DNA of 49,346 bases, the filler included, from Basidioascus undulatus (lineage: Eukaryota): the NCBI GenBank assembly GCA_000826855.1. It is 2 parts of 2 records of this genome, joined end to end, with 100 filler letters (N's around TTAATTAATTAA, not from the genome) between each part and the next. Parts side by side here need not be neighbours in the genome. Positions count along the whole stretch, not along the records: positions 1 to 30,077 come from JTLS01000430.1; 1 more part is not named here. One strand, 5' to 3'. The notes under the pieces were generated by a model that worked only from the letters and a program-made list of their open reading frames with translations, searched no databases and was not told the origin of the DNA. Below, piece by piece: positions 11,418-22,941 of this stretch (the stretch's first letter is position 1; each line of letters opens with the position of its first letter). A program made the translations under genes and the position numbers.

Positions 11418-12284
11418 TTACAACACCCCGCACCCTTCCACCCAGATCTTCTCCGTCGGCGACCCCGCTTCCGTGCCCACAGCGTCGAGCTTCTCCAGCT
11501 CGCCCAGAGCCTCATCGTCGACCTTGCCGAAGACGACATACGATCCCTGGAGCTTCTTCAGTCTTGCCGGGTCCCGCGTGAGAACGACAAAGAACTGGCT
11601 CGAGTTCGTGTTCTTGCCCGAGTTCGCCATCGCCAGACTGCCGTACGACGGGAGGGCCTGAAGGCCTGGCTTCTCGTCCTTGAAGGTCCCGCCGTAGATA
11701 CTCTGGCCCCCGAATTGCTCTAGATGAGCTCCGTACCTGTGCAGGGGAGCGCAAGACACCGCACGAACCTCCCCACCCGACCCATCAGACCGCGTAACGT
11801 CCCCACCCTGCGCAACGAAGCCCTTCTGGACACGGTGGATCGGGACGCCAGCGTAGTGGAGCTTCTTGTTCGGCGCCTTCTTGCAAGAGCCCTTCTCGCC
11901 GGTGCAGAGAGCGCGGAAGTTCTCGACCGTCTTGCTCAAGCCCGGATCGGAAGAGAGCGTGAGCGGGAGGCGGAGGGCAACGAGTGGAGGTGGGGCTGAG
12001 GTGGGGAGCGTGTCGGGCTGTGATAGTAGCAGAACAGGTTGAGTCTCGGACAAGCAATCTTTTAGCTTCAGAAAAGTGTGAGGTGAGAGACGGACATAAA
12101 TCGATGCGAGGGTCTCGAGCTGAATCGCGTCGAGCGAGGAGAGCGACGCGGGATCCGGAAGGCCGTACTTGGGGCCTTCCTTCAGAAGGAACGTCTCCGC
12201 TGCAGCGTACGATGTTTGCGCAGCGAGGATAGTTTCGCGGTCTCCGATCCCGATGTCGAGGTAGCAGCGGACGGGCGAAGGCAT
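11418..12284 (-). CDS. Cyclophilin-type peptidyl-prolyl isomerase with N-terminal helical insertion
   Basis: KTVENFRALCTGEKG, IHRVQKGFVAQGGD, GSGGESIYGGTFKDE, LAMANSGKNTNSSQFF, YVVFGKV. Introns 12018-12095 and 11703-11768. Confidence 0.93.
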   Translation of the reverse strand: MPSPVRCYLDIGIGDRETILAAQTSYAAAETFLLKEGPKYGLPDPASLSSLDAIQLETLASIYVRLSPHTFLKLKDCLSETQPVLLLSQPDTLPTSAPPPLVALRLPLTLSSDPGLSKTVENFRALCTGEKGSCKKAPNKKLHYAGVPIHRVQKGFVAQGGDVTRSDGSGGEVRAVSCAPLHRYGAHLEQFGGQSIYGGTFKDEKPGLQALPSYGSLAMANSGKNTNSSQFFVVLTRDPARLKKLQGSYVVFGKVDDEALGELEKLDAVGTEAGSPTEKIWVEGCGVL

Positions 12285-12836
12285 GTTGGTGGTCAACGAG
12301 CGATGGGGTTCGAGAGCGTGGATGAGCGGTGAGATCTAGCGCTGATCATCCGGAGAGGCAGTCAGTGACCGAAACGTATTTTTCGAAACGTTCAAAATTA
12401 TATACGAGGCAAGATCAGTTCAGAAAGAGACGATTGGACGGATTGGTAGGTACTGGTGGGAGGAAGAGGACAAGAACATCCTCGCGCACACCCACGCATG
12501 GGCAGTGTGGTTAGGGTTTACGAAATGCAATCGATCAAGAAGCCATGTCTTCAACTGTACAACCCCCAATATTGCTGGATAACATTGTCGACATACGGAT
12601 CTGCGAGGGCGATAGTTGGCGCTGAGGTCGGACAAAACTTCTTCCGTAGTCTGCGGCCCGCGACCCCCAGCCTTCGAGCGGACCTCAGCTTTGATTTCCA
12701 AACACGCAACTCCCTGCAGCTGAGCACAAATTTCGTTAGAAGATGTATGCAGAAGGAAGGAAGCAAGCCCAAAATCGAAGAATGAGAAAACAAAAGTGCA
12801 AGCGAATGCGAATCCAACGTCCATAAAGCAACGACT

Positions 12837-15200
12837 TCAAGCGCACAAAAACTCCTTGTAAACCGGGTTGTACGTTTCCTCGACGTAGGTGTACCTGCAA
12901 GCGAGATCAAGTTAGAGATTCGGTAGGAGAGCCGGAGAAAATGGCAAGGAGGTCAAGAGAAGGCTTGAACGTACCCGAGGTCCTTGAGGAACTTGTCGAA
13001 CGCGTCGTACTCGTTCGGAGGAACCTGGAGGCCGACGAGCACCTTGCCGAGGTCTGCATGCGGGAGTAGGGGAAGAGCGAGATCAGCTTGACTGCACGGA
13101 AGAAGGTGAGACGCAAGACGGGCCAACGCACCGCCGCCTTGGTTCCGGTAATGCCACAGGCTGATGTTCCAGTCGGCCTGGAGGCCGAGCAAGAACTTGC
13201 GCAGCGCATTCGGGCGCTCAGGGAACTCTACGCATCCACCTCACAGCCATCAGCACTGTGTTCGCCAGAGTCCGCCTCTCACCCGCGTATCGACGCACCG
13301 AACCTGAACAGCCTCTCATCCGCGACCCCGCTCCGTCCGCCGATCAAGTACCGCGCGTGGCTCTTGGCGAGCTCGTTCTCGCTGACGTCCGCGGCGTCCA
13401 TGCCCTCGCGGCGGATGGCGTCGAGGATGCCGTCGATCTCGGCGCGGCGCTCGGCGTCGGGGAGGACGACGGACTGGGAGGAGAGCGAGAAGGAACAGAA
13501 GATCGTTGCTGTGTGCGGCTCGCCCGACTCGGCTGCCGGGGGCGGGCTGTACCGGTACGCGAACTCGGTGACGGCGCGCGGGTGGATGAGCGTGTGCAGC
13601 TTGACGAAGCTATGGGGGCGGGGTGGGTCGTCAGCATGCGAAGGGGAAGCCGGCGGAGGAAAATTGGGAAAGGAGAAGGGGAAGTGGGAGGAGAAGGCGC
13701 ACCTGCCCGGCTTCTCCGGAATGCGCACGCTGAGCATGCACTCCCTGCGCTCGCCGAGCTCCGCACGCTCAGCGACGAAGCGCAGGCGCCCAAAGTTCAT
13801 GTTCGCACCCGAGACGACGGCGACGAGCTTCTTGCCCGAGTTAAGCAGGCCGTTCTGCCGCACGTACGCTTTGAGGCCGGCGACTGCGAGCGCGCCGGCG
13901 GGCTCGGGGACGGAGCGGGTGTCTGTGCGGCAGGTGGGGGGTTCAGGATTGGTTGTGGGGAGGGAGAGGGAGGAGGGAAGGGGAAGAGGAAGGAAGCGAA
14001 AAGAGGATGGGAATGGAGATGGGAATGGCAAGGAGCAGGGAAACGAAACTGGGGAGATGGGGAAGCGAGAGGGACCCACCCTCGAACACATCCTTGATCG
14101 CTGCGCAAAGCTCGTCGTTCGATACCTTGACCACGCCATCCAACAGCTCTTTGCAGATCCTAAACGGCTCCTCTCCCACGAGCCTAACCGCCGTCCCATC
14201 ACTGAACCCGCCGACCTCATCCAACAATACCCTCTCGCCCTTCTCCAGACTCCGCGCCATGGCATCCCCATCATGCGTCTCCGCACCAATGACCTTCACG
14301 CCCGGGGGCGCAATGCGCTTGATGTACTCCGCCAGGCCGCTGACGAGCCCGCCGCCACCGACGGCGGCGAACACGGCGTCCACGGTGCCCAGGTCGATCT
14401 GCCGCCCGAGCTCGACGCCCACTGTTCCTTGACCGGCGATCACGTACGGGTCGTCGTACGGCGGGACGTAGATGAGCTTCAGCGCGGACGCGAGCCGGGC
14501 GCACTCGGCTTTCGCTTCGTCGAAGTCCGCCCCGTGCAGGATGACTTTGGCCCCTAGGCGCTCGACATTCCGCCACTTGATCGAGGGCGTCGCGAGAGGC
14601 ATGACAATCGTGCAGGGGATCGAGAGGTGCGAGCCCGCGAGCGCAACGCCCTGGGCGTGGTTGCCTATATTGCCCGGTCCACCATTGTCAGTACCACCCC
14701 ACCGTGTGCCGAACTCGGAGGAGGGAGAACGTACCAGCCGAACAAGTGATGACACCCCTCCACCGCTCGCTCTCAGGCAGCATAGCCATAAAGTTGTACG
14801 CGCCGCGGACCTTGAACGAAAACACGGGCTGGAGATCTTCGCGCTTGAAGAAGACCTCGCACCCAAGCCTTGCGCTAAGGTTCACCGCAGGCGTGAGCGG
14901 CGTCTCGCGGAGGATGTCATACACGCGGGAGGTGAGGATGAGGCGGACGTAGTCTGGCGTGCCGGAGGGGAGGAGCGCGTGCTTGGGGAGGCGGGAGAGG
15001 AGCGCCGGATTCGGCAGTGCGGGGGACGTCGCGTTGTCGGGGCCGGAATTGGAGGTCGTCGGGTAGGTGAAGTTGCGAAGGGGCGAGGGGGATGGCACGT
15101 GCGTCCCGTTCGGCTGCGGGTTTGTCCCGTTTTCGAGGGGCGCGGGCGCGACGGGCGTGGAGAGTGACATGGCGGAGAGGTCGGGGACGGCGGGGGACAT
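12837..15200 (-). CDS. ILV1: Biosynthetic threonine dehydratase (deaminase), multi-exon
   Basis: [18 protein letters not shown] (PLP lysine), [41 protein letters not shown]. Regulatory domains IPEKPG and [18 protein letters not shown]. Last exon [18 protein letters not shown]. Confidence 0.96.
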
Positions 15201-15929
15201 GGCGGGGGACGGGGAATGGGGATACTGTGAATTTAGGGAATATTCATGGTCAGCCTTCTTCTAGAAAGCGGTATCTCATGCTCATTCGTGAGAGAACTCT
15301 GGACGGGTCGTAAGACCAGCCCTCCCTTCCTTCCTTCCCTCCCCGGCGACCTCCTGCGACGCTGCAAGCCTCGCGGAGCTCAAGATGATCGCCCAGAGCA
15401 AGTGAGCCTCCCAAACCCAAAAGATCCAGGCCCAATTTCGAACTCGAAACCCCGGCGCAGGTCGACACACTCACGGCGAAAGAAGAACCGCCTTTCGATC
15501 GATCGAGCTCAAAGACGGGGAGCGCTTCAGCGAGAGTGGGCGAGCGGGATATCGCAGCTCCTCCAGCGATCGTTTTTAAGTTAAAAAAAAAACACGAAAA
15601 CTGGGAGGCGGTGAGTGTCCAAGGTGGATGAACAGAGATAAGAGGCAAATGAGTCGAGTCGAGCGAGGTGCGAAGCGCGAAGACACCCCACCCCGCGCGA
15701 AGGGGCGTCAGTTCCCGGCGAACTGGCCCGATACGGATTCTTACCGCCGACACCCTGGGATGCACTCCCTCGTCTTCTTTCTTTCTTCCCTTCACCTTTG
15801 CGAATCGTACACCATCAATCTGTTTCTTGAAAACAGCAATACTTAGAAGCCGCGGTTTCAGTTATTTGTCGTTATTGCCGAACGAGATTCACAGTCAGAG
15901 GGGCAGGATATCGATCACCGCGAGCCAGC

Positions 15930-16288
15930 GCATTGCCGTGTCCCAGTAGGCACCGCCGAGCATCAAGAATGCTGTAGTCTCCGTGATTATTGGTGCGCTC
16001 CACGAACCACACCTTTTGCTACCTGTTCCGAAGCTGATGTGTTTACGTGTCATCTTCAAATCCATGACACAGGTATCGGTCTCATTGGTTCCGCTGCCGG
16101 TCCCCTCATCTTCGGCCAAGTGGCGCAGTTCGTCGGCGTGGACGTTCTCCCCGGAGTGATCGTACGTACTGTCTGTTTCTACTTGAGCTGAAAATCTGAC
16201 AGATTCATCTCCGATCTCTCAGCTTGTTCTCGTCGGTCTTTGTACCGCAGGTTTCCTCGTTATGCCCCCACAGAAGGAGAAGCAGTAG
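15930..16288 (+). pseudogene. Orphan 3' fragment of an MFS transporter gene (last two TM helices; absent from ORF track)
   Basis: Introns 15993-16072 and 16162-16222 give IAVSQ*APPSIKNAVVSVIIGIGLIGSAAGPLIFGQVAQFVGVDVLPGVILVLVGLCTAGFLVMPPQKEKQ*. G..GSA.GP..fG.vA...G is a typical MFS TM11 motif. In-frame TAG at 15947; no upstream exons seen. Confidence 0.7.
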
Positions 16289-16366
16289 CGATGCAGTTAA
16301 TGTCCGTTGTCACTTCCTCCATGAATTGTAATCTTGAGCCCCGATTAGTTTCCCCTGGTCAGCAGC

Positions 16367-16393
16367 CTCGGAAGGGTTACTCGGAAGGGTTAC
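16367..16393. repeat. Tandem duplication, 2 x 13 bp
   Basis: CTCGGAAGGGTTA CTCGGAAGGGTTA C, perfect. Confidence 0.85.
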
Positions 16394-16770
16394 CAAGCCT
16401 CACATTCCACCGCGCAGTCCGAATACTGTCTTGGTCCTCTCTCTCACTGACAGTCTGGGACCATGGGTGCCTCAAAGTGAGCTTGGGGTTAGTGCAAGCC
16501 CGAGAGTCTTCGAGGTGAGTTTGTTAAGTACACACCAACTGCTTTAAAGCTATAGCTACCATTTCTCACATGCTGACGGCGTTGATGGACTTACAAACGG
16601 ACCAGTTTCGGAGAACGCTCATTTCTTACCACCGAAAGACCCACCTGGCGATGTTACGTCTCCGTCGCGCCTTGCTCTCCCTCACCTTTACCTACCTTTT
16701 CCGAGTCGGAACTCACCTTTAATTCAAGTTCTCTTTACCAGTGCTGACCACCTCTAGCGGATAGGTCCTA

Positions 16771-17640
16771 ATGGACCCAGCTACTTTCTCTCCGTTGGCG
16801 CGGACGCCGGATGATGTGTGGAGCTCAATCTCTCCGTCGGCGAGCCGTGACGATGCGAGCAAGCGTACTCTCGACGCTTGTTTCGCGTTCAACGGCAGAC
16901 GCCCCGAGTCAATCGAACTCATCAACCCTCATCAACCGCTGCAGTTCGTTGCAAACTGTCGTTGTGCGCGTGTCTCCTTTTTGCAACGGCGCCGATCCCA
17001 TGCTTCGCCGTTGTGGCTGCCCAAGCTTGTGTCACTCACGGTAGGCCGGCATTTTCCGGTTAGTTTGGCGAGCACGACTTCCTGGCGAACGCATCGTTTC
17101 CCTGCCTTCGCGAGCTGAAAGTCGATCTTGACGGATTCGAAACATCCTTCCCGGTGCTGGAAGTGTTGGTCCACAAGTACGGATCCGCTCTGATTAGCGT
17201 CGTACAAGGACTGGACTCCGACCTCCCCGCTGTTGACCGCAACGCCCCGACATTCTCGAGCTCTCCTTGAGCTCGTATTCAACCGGTACCGTACCGCACG
17301 ACCTACCGGATCGATTCCCGCACCTCTGCACACCAGTCTGGGTTGATTCTTTACCAGCAATCTCTGTCTCTCCAGCAATTCCTCGAAAAGTTGGGCGATC
17401 CCAGCTCAAGGTCATTCGACTCATTCACTTTAACTTTCCTGATTTCGTTTGGGTCCGATCCAGACTCTTTTTATTCTGGGGGCGATGGGGGAACACGCAC
17501 TTCTTCTTAACGGCATCGCTTCCGAAAAGGGCATCCCCATCATCGACTCGCACTGTCGGGACATTGACGGGTTTCGGGTCTCGGTTGTGCGAGTCGGGGA
17601 GGGATACCGAGTGGAACGAAACGACCGCCTGTGAGGATGA
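16771..17640 (+). pseudogene. Second F-box/LRR-like gene relic
   Basis: LARTPDDVWSSI (F-box-like start), then LRR-like pieces LPKLVSLTV, PCLRELKVDL, FPHLCT, SQLKVIRLI spread over all three frames. Confidence 0.45.
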
Positions 17641-17937
17641 ACTTCGCATTTGGAAAAGTATGTCGCTACGTCAGTGTCTTTCAGGTCTTCGCAAAGTTTG
17701 CACGCCTGCTGGAGAGGATGCAAGGAACCACTCTCCCTTTTCCCCGGACAAGTTCTCGGCCACGGTTTAGCTTGCGCTTCGAGTTTTCGATCATAAGACA
17801 CGCTGCTCAGGCGTCCTCTCACGCCTAGACAGTGCGCCGCGTGACACAAACACCCGCAGTCAAGCGCAAAAAGTTTACTCGTCAAGTGGGGAATGCGAGA
17901 TGCATAAATGTGGACCACACGACGCCCGCCCCGGCAA

Positions 17938-20900
17938 TCATGCCTGGGCGCCACCCAGCCCGTTCTCCTCAGCCTGCATCCAGTCGTCTGCGAGTGCCTT
18001 CTCCGCCTCTTCCAGCAAGCCCTTCACCCCGTCCGGATCGCGCCCGTTGCCTTCGAGGTAGTACTTGATCTGTGGACCGTCCCAGAACGGTCAGCAGACA
18101 TGTCGAGCGGGTTACACGTAAAGATATAGGAGCGAACCTTTGGCTCGGTCCCGCTCGTCCGGATGGTGAGGACGAAGCCCTCGCCGGACTCGCACTTGCC
18201 GGAGAAGGTGATCCTGAGATTGCGTCAAGTGAGCTTGCGAACGTCTAGGCGTGTCTTGGAGGAACTAAATCGCACATGTTTCCAGAGGAAAGCGGCAGGA
18301 CGGGCTTGTGCTCGGGCGCCAGTTGCGAAGAGTCGTACGCATATCCCTCCGTCAAATCCCGCACAGACTGAACAGGGAACGGTCCCAAACGAGTCGGGTA
18401 TCCCTTCCCCTCCTACAAAACCCCATCATTCCCCATGAGTAATCATCCCGCCCCCAAGCCCTGCAAAGGCGTGCGCACCTTTGACATCGCCCGCAAGCGA
18501 TCAAAAATGCGCTTGGTGACGGCGGTATCGGACGAGCGGAAGTAGCTGTTGGAAGTGACGAAGTAGCCGTACTTCTCGTACAGCTCGCGGAGGTGCTTCA
18601 GCGGCGAGGACCCGCGCGTCGCGAGGCGCGCGGCGAGTCGGACGAAGGCGATCGCGGCAGTGATGCCGTCTTTGTCGCGGATGTAGGGGGAGACCTGGGA
18701 TGATGTCGGCTGTGAGCGGAACAATCAAATGAGGCAAAGTGGTGAGTTGTTAACGGACAGCATAGCCTGCGGTTCGACAGCTGTGTTAGTAAAGGTAGGC
18801 AGTAAGAAGTAGCTTCGACTCACCGATCGCCTCCTCATACAAGAAATCGACGCTGTAGCCCTCAGCCTCGAGCTCTAGTGCCCGGTTCCCAACTGCGCCA
18901 CAAACCGTCAGCACGTCCGCATCGCCGACCAGTCCCCATGGAGCGTGACGCACTGTACTTGAACCCCGTCAAGCAGTCCTCAAAGCGGAAGCCCTCCTTC
19001 GCCGCCATCGCCCCGAGCATTTTAGACGATACGGTCGAGGCGACCATGGCGAGTTTCTCTGCTCCCAGTTCGCATTCCCGTCAGCCCTCCGCACCCCGAC
19101 AGGGATGGGAGAAAGGCGATAGACCTATTGGCTTCCCCTTCTTCCGATACTCCTCCAGCGTGAACGACGCGAGCAGCGCCCCCAGCTCGTCCCCCGTGAA
19201 GATATGCCAGCTCCCCCTGCTCGTCCCCCCTCATATAAGCATCTCACAGCGCAGCGGTCCGACGTCGCAAGTAGGACTTACTTCGTCTTCTCAGCGGCGA
19301 GGAAGCGGTCAGCGTCGGGGTCGTTGGCGAGGATGAATTCCGAGTCGTTCAGCTCGGCAGTCTGGAGCGCGAGCGACTGTCGCACCCGCCACCCAATGCA
19401 GTCAAGTCAGCCACCACAGCGAGAAAGCGCGCAAGCGTTTGGGTTTCACGCACCAGAGCGCCCTTTTCTTCTGGGTTGGGGAACGCAAGAGTGGGGAAGT
19501 CCGGGTCCGGATCCCGCTGTGCGCGGACGGAGTGGAGCGGAGGGAGACCGGTGTACGCGAAGGCGCGCGCGATGCTCAGGTCCCTGCAGTAGCCATGGGG
19601 GTTGAGCTTCGTCGGAGGATGGTTGAGTTGGCGGGCAGGGGTGACGCGTACGCAAGTCCGTGGAACGCAGTGTGCGTGAGCTTGAGGTCGACGTATTCCT
19701 CTCTGTATCCCAGGCTCAGCATTCAGCATGGCGTTGGCACTCGGAAGCCGAGGCGACGCACGGCGGGAACAAGGCAGCTATGTGCGAGTGGTACTCGTAG
19801 CGCTGCGGACCCACTCAGCGTCAGCTTTGTTGCCTGACTCGTGAGAGTAGTTCGGGGACCCACCATCACGTTCGTCTTGTCCTCGCACAGTGAGTGCTCC
19901 CTGACAGTCTCCGCGTCCCAGGCGCCCTCCTCCGGCTCGAGGTTGTCGTTGATCGCTTGGGCGATCTGGCCGTCGAAGGGGGGTATGATCTGCACAGCAC
20001 TGCGTAGCTCAAAGTCATCAGACTGCTGCTCGGCCAGATGGGAGAATGGGAACTGCTGTACTTCTCGTAGTAGACCTTCCAGCCGTTGTCCTCCGCAGGG
20101 TTGTGCGAGGCTGAGAAATGCAGCGCAGCGCTCAGCAGACCACGATCCGGCCGCGGTGCAGAGATTGATGCTCACCCGTCACCATCACACCTCCCACAGC
20201 GCCGAGCTTCTTCACACCGAACGGTACGAGCGGCTGCCCCAACCCCAGCATGAGCCTTCCCCGATCCAAGGAAGACGTCAGACCAACGCACCGTGTGAAC
20301 CACGCCCTTGAAAAGATACACCCGGATGCCCTTCAGAAGGAATGCGCGGGCCGTCAGGTTCGCCCAGCGCTCAGAGTTGTGTCGGTGGTCGTGTCTGAGC
20401 GTCATTCAGCAAGGTCAGTAACGCGCCAGCCGCGCAGCAAAGGACCAGGGCAGCTGACCCGACGACCACACCGCGCTTAGCTGCCTCGGGGAGTGTGGAA
20501 AGGTGTGCAGCGAGACCCTGTAAAGCGCCCCGCGATGATCAGATCAAGACGCTGCGACGCCTGAGAGCCCAGGACAGAGCGTACTTGAGCGGCCTCTGCA
20601 TATGCCCGATTGGTTGAGCTCCCGCACGCTCTTGCCTTAGAATCGCAAGCTACGCACGGATAATGATGAGGTCGTTCATCCTCGCCCAGCCGCCCTCCAT
20701 CTTCGCCCTCAGCCCTGTTTCCTCATCCACCAACATCAGGGGTTCGTCCAGACTAACAGCATACCACCAACCCAGCGTACTCACCTGCCGTCCCAAACTC
20801 GATCCGCTTGCCCATCCTCCGCTCCAGCTCGTCCCAGTCTCCATTGTCCCACAGCTGCTGGATCTCGCTGCGGGTAGTCGGGTTCTGCATCGATCGAAAG

Positions 20901-21018
20901 GCAAAGGCACGGGCATAAGCATGCCGAGCCTCCGAGCGCTCGGTGGACAGCGAAGACGTGCCTTGTCAAGGCGCAGCCAGTCGGCGACGAGCTTGTCTAG
21001 GCGCGCGGATTGCGGCAT
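17938..21018 (-). CDS. PGM2: Phosphopentomutase / phosphoglucomutase-2 family (yeast PRM15/PGM3-like), many exons
   Basis: Spliced motifs EFGTAGLRAKMEGG, GHDHRHNS, VMVTASHNPAEDNGWKVY (catalytic Ser), FPNPEEKGAL, ANDPDADRF (metal loop), LTGFKYIGN, YEEAIGY, DKDGITAA, RTSGTEPKIKYY. Confidence 0.93.
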
Positions 21019-21427
21019 AGTGTCAGTGAAAGTGAGTATGTTGCTTTGAGAGTGATAGTCTCTATGCGGGGAGGACGTCGGCGGTGATGGCGGCGAGAGG
21101 AGAAGACGGTCCGGGTGGAGAGCATGCGGGGTTCAATGACATCGCGACCGGCGACAGCTGATCGGCCGGGCCCGGCTTCTGCCTCGGCTGAGCTCGGAGG
21201 TACTGTACCTACTGTAATTGCCGGTGGCTACCCAATTTTTGTTCCTTGAAAAGCTTCACAACAACGATTTTTATTTGTAGATCAAACACCTCAAGCTCAT
21301 TAGGGGAGGAAATTTATACGATATTGGGAACTGGAAGCACGCAGAAGGTCTGCAAATGCCCACAGGAAGCTGCGGTACCTGCACAATGACTTCTCAATGC
21401 GACAGCACTTCGGGGCAACAGCGTAGT

Positions 21428-22130
21428 TATCATCAGGGGTTCGGTGGGAGTTTAGACAGCGTTCCTTGGTTTCGAAACATGCGGTATCTTTCGAAAGGTT
21501 TCTTATACATTCTTTTCTTCTGCCTGACTTTCTAAATCTTTCTAATTCCTATAGTGTCGATTCCAAAGCTTTTCAAACGTATGCCCTTGTTTCTGATTTG
21601 ATGAGAAAGGTTGCAGGCTAAGTAAGGGATAGTTTCCTACTGTCCACATGCAGGTGGTCGGGTAGGTTCAAGTGTCGAATTGACCAGTTGGAGGGTAAGT
21701 GTTGTCTTCTTCAGATATGCGCACACCGGCAAGGGCAGTCGATTACTGTACCAGCAGCCTGAACAGACCTGCTGCGCTGTAGCTGACGGGATTTGGGGGT
21801 GGAGGGGGAGCTTAGACCGTTCAACAGTTCTCATACACCGTTCCTTTGTGCTTGGTCTGAGAGAAGGTGCGCACCTGTCTTCTAGTATGTGCACCAGAAT
21901 ACTCCGCTTTAAGAAGGCAGGAGGGGTTGGGGACAAATGTTCCCTACAGCATCTTGATCCAAAGAGCATCAAATGGTTCAGGACTTTCGACTTGTGGATA
22001 TTGATAGGCTACAGGCGTGGTCATGCAGCAAAGGCCTTTCGCCATCATCACTCTACTCGGATGTAGTGCCGACACTAAGTGGACGGGCTGCTACCCTCAG
22101 ATACCTTATTAACGTCAACCAAAAGAGCTA
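21428..22130 (+). pseudogene. Multi-exon hypothetical gene relic
   Basis: Four GT..AG intron-like segments delimit 24-, 41- and 39-nt exons that join in one frame (..VSFESVDSKAFQTWSGRFKCRIDQLEVLIHRSFVLGLREAS*SKEHQMVQDFRLVDIDRLQAW..), with one TGA at 21955-21957. Ends approximate. Confidence 0.35.
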
Positions 22131-22941
22131 GTATTGATACTGCTAGAGGGTGGTCAAGGAGCTCTTTACTCCTGGCACATTCCCACTCAGTGTTAGCTAG
22201 AGGTGCAGTTTCGTACCAGTCAATTTGATAAATGACCCATCAAGTTGGGCAGCGTTGAATGCAGACGAGCCACTGCAGAGCTCAGATTTAGCTGTTGACT
22301 GCAATCCAGGGTCAGAGGGTCTCTGACGATTCACATTGAAGATTATACACCGCCAGATCCTCGGAGGTCCTCACGCACAGATGCGAGTTTGGGCATCCCT
22401 TGACGAACTTGCGAACAAGTTCAGGACATTCAAGGACATTTCCCCTGAACCGGGGCCGTAAATGGTGCGGCATATGTTCTGCGGTGCTCAGCTGCGGCGA
22501 ATGCTTGGGAAACGCTTTGAACAAGGAGCAACCAGAATTTTCGATATTCGACATGCATCGAGGTATGGATCGTACCGCTGATACATGCCTGCAAGTTGAC
22601 AACTCGAATGGACAGAGACGGCACCGCAGACTGTCATACCTTAGGAAGTGCTCAGTTGACTTCATGCTAGCTTGCCAAAGGATCCTTGTGAAGGAAGAGC
22701 CCTAGCCGCCTCTCTGCCTGTCCTGGCGACAATGCGACAGAGCCTACATGTCTAACAGCCGAGCAAGTGATGCAAGCCAATGAAAACCGGATTTTCTGTT
22801 CACACTGGTCAGTATGTGGTCCGTTCAGTGAACAATGTGTGCAGCCGTGCAAACTTCAAAGTCCCAGGGCAAATGTCTTGCGCAAGAAAAGAAAAAGAGG
22901 GGGGTACATGTTGGAAAAAGGTCGGGCTGTTCTGACAAAAT

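Noticed and set aside
13088..14557. 489-aa plus-strand ORF
   Set aside because: Antisense shadow of GC-rich ILV1 exons and introns; no recognisable motifs.
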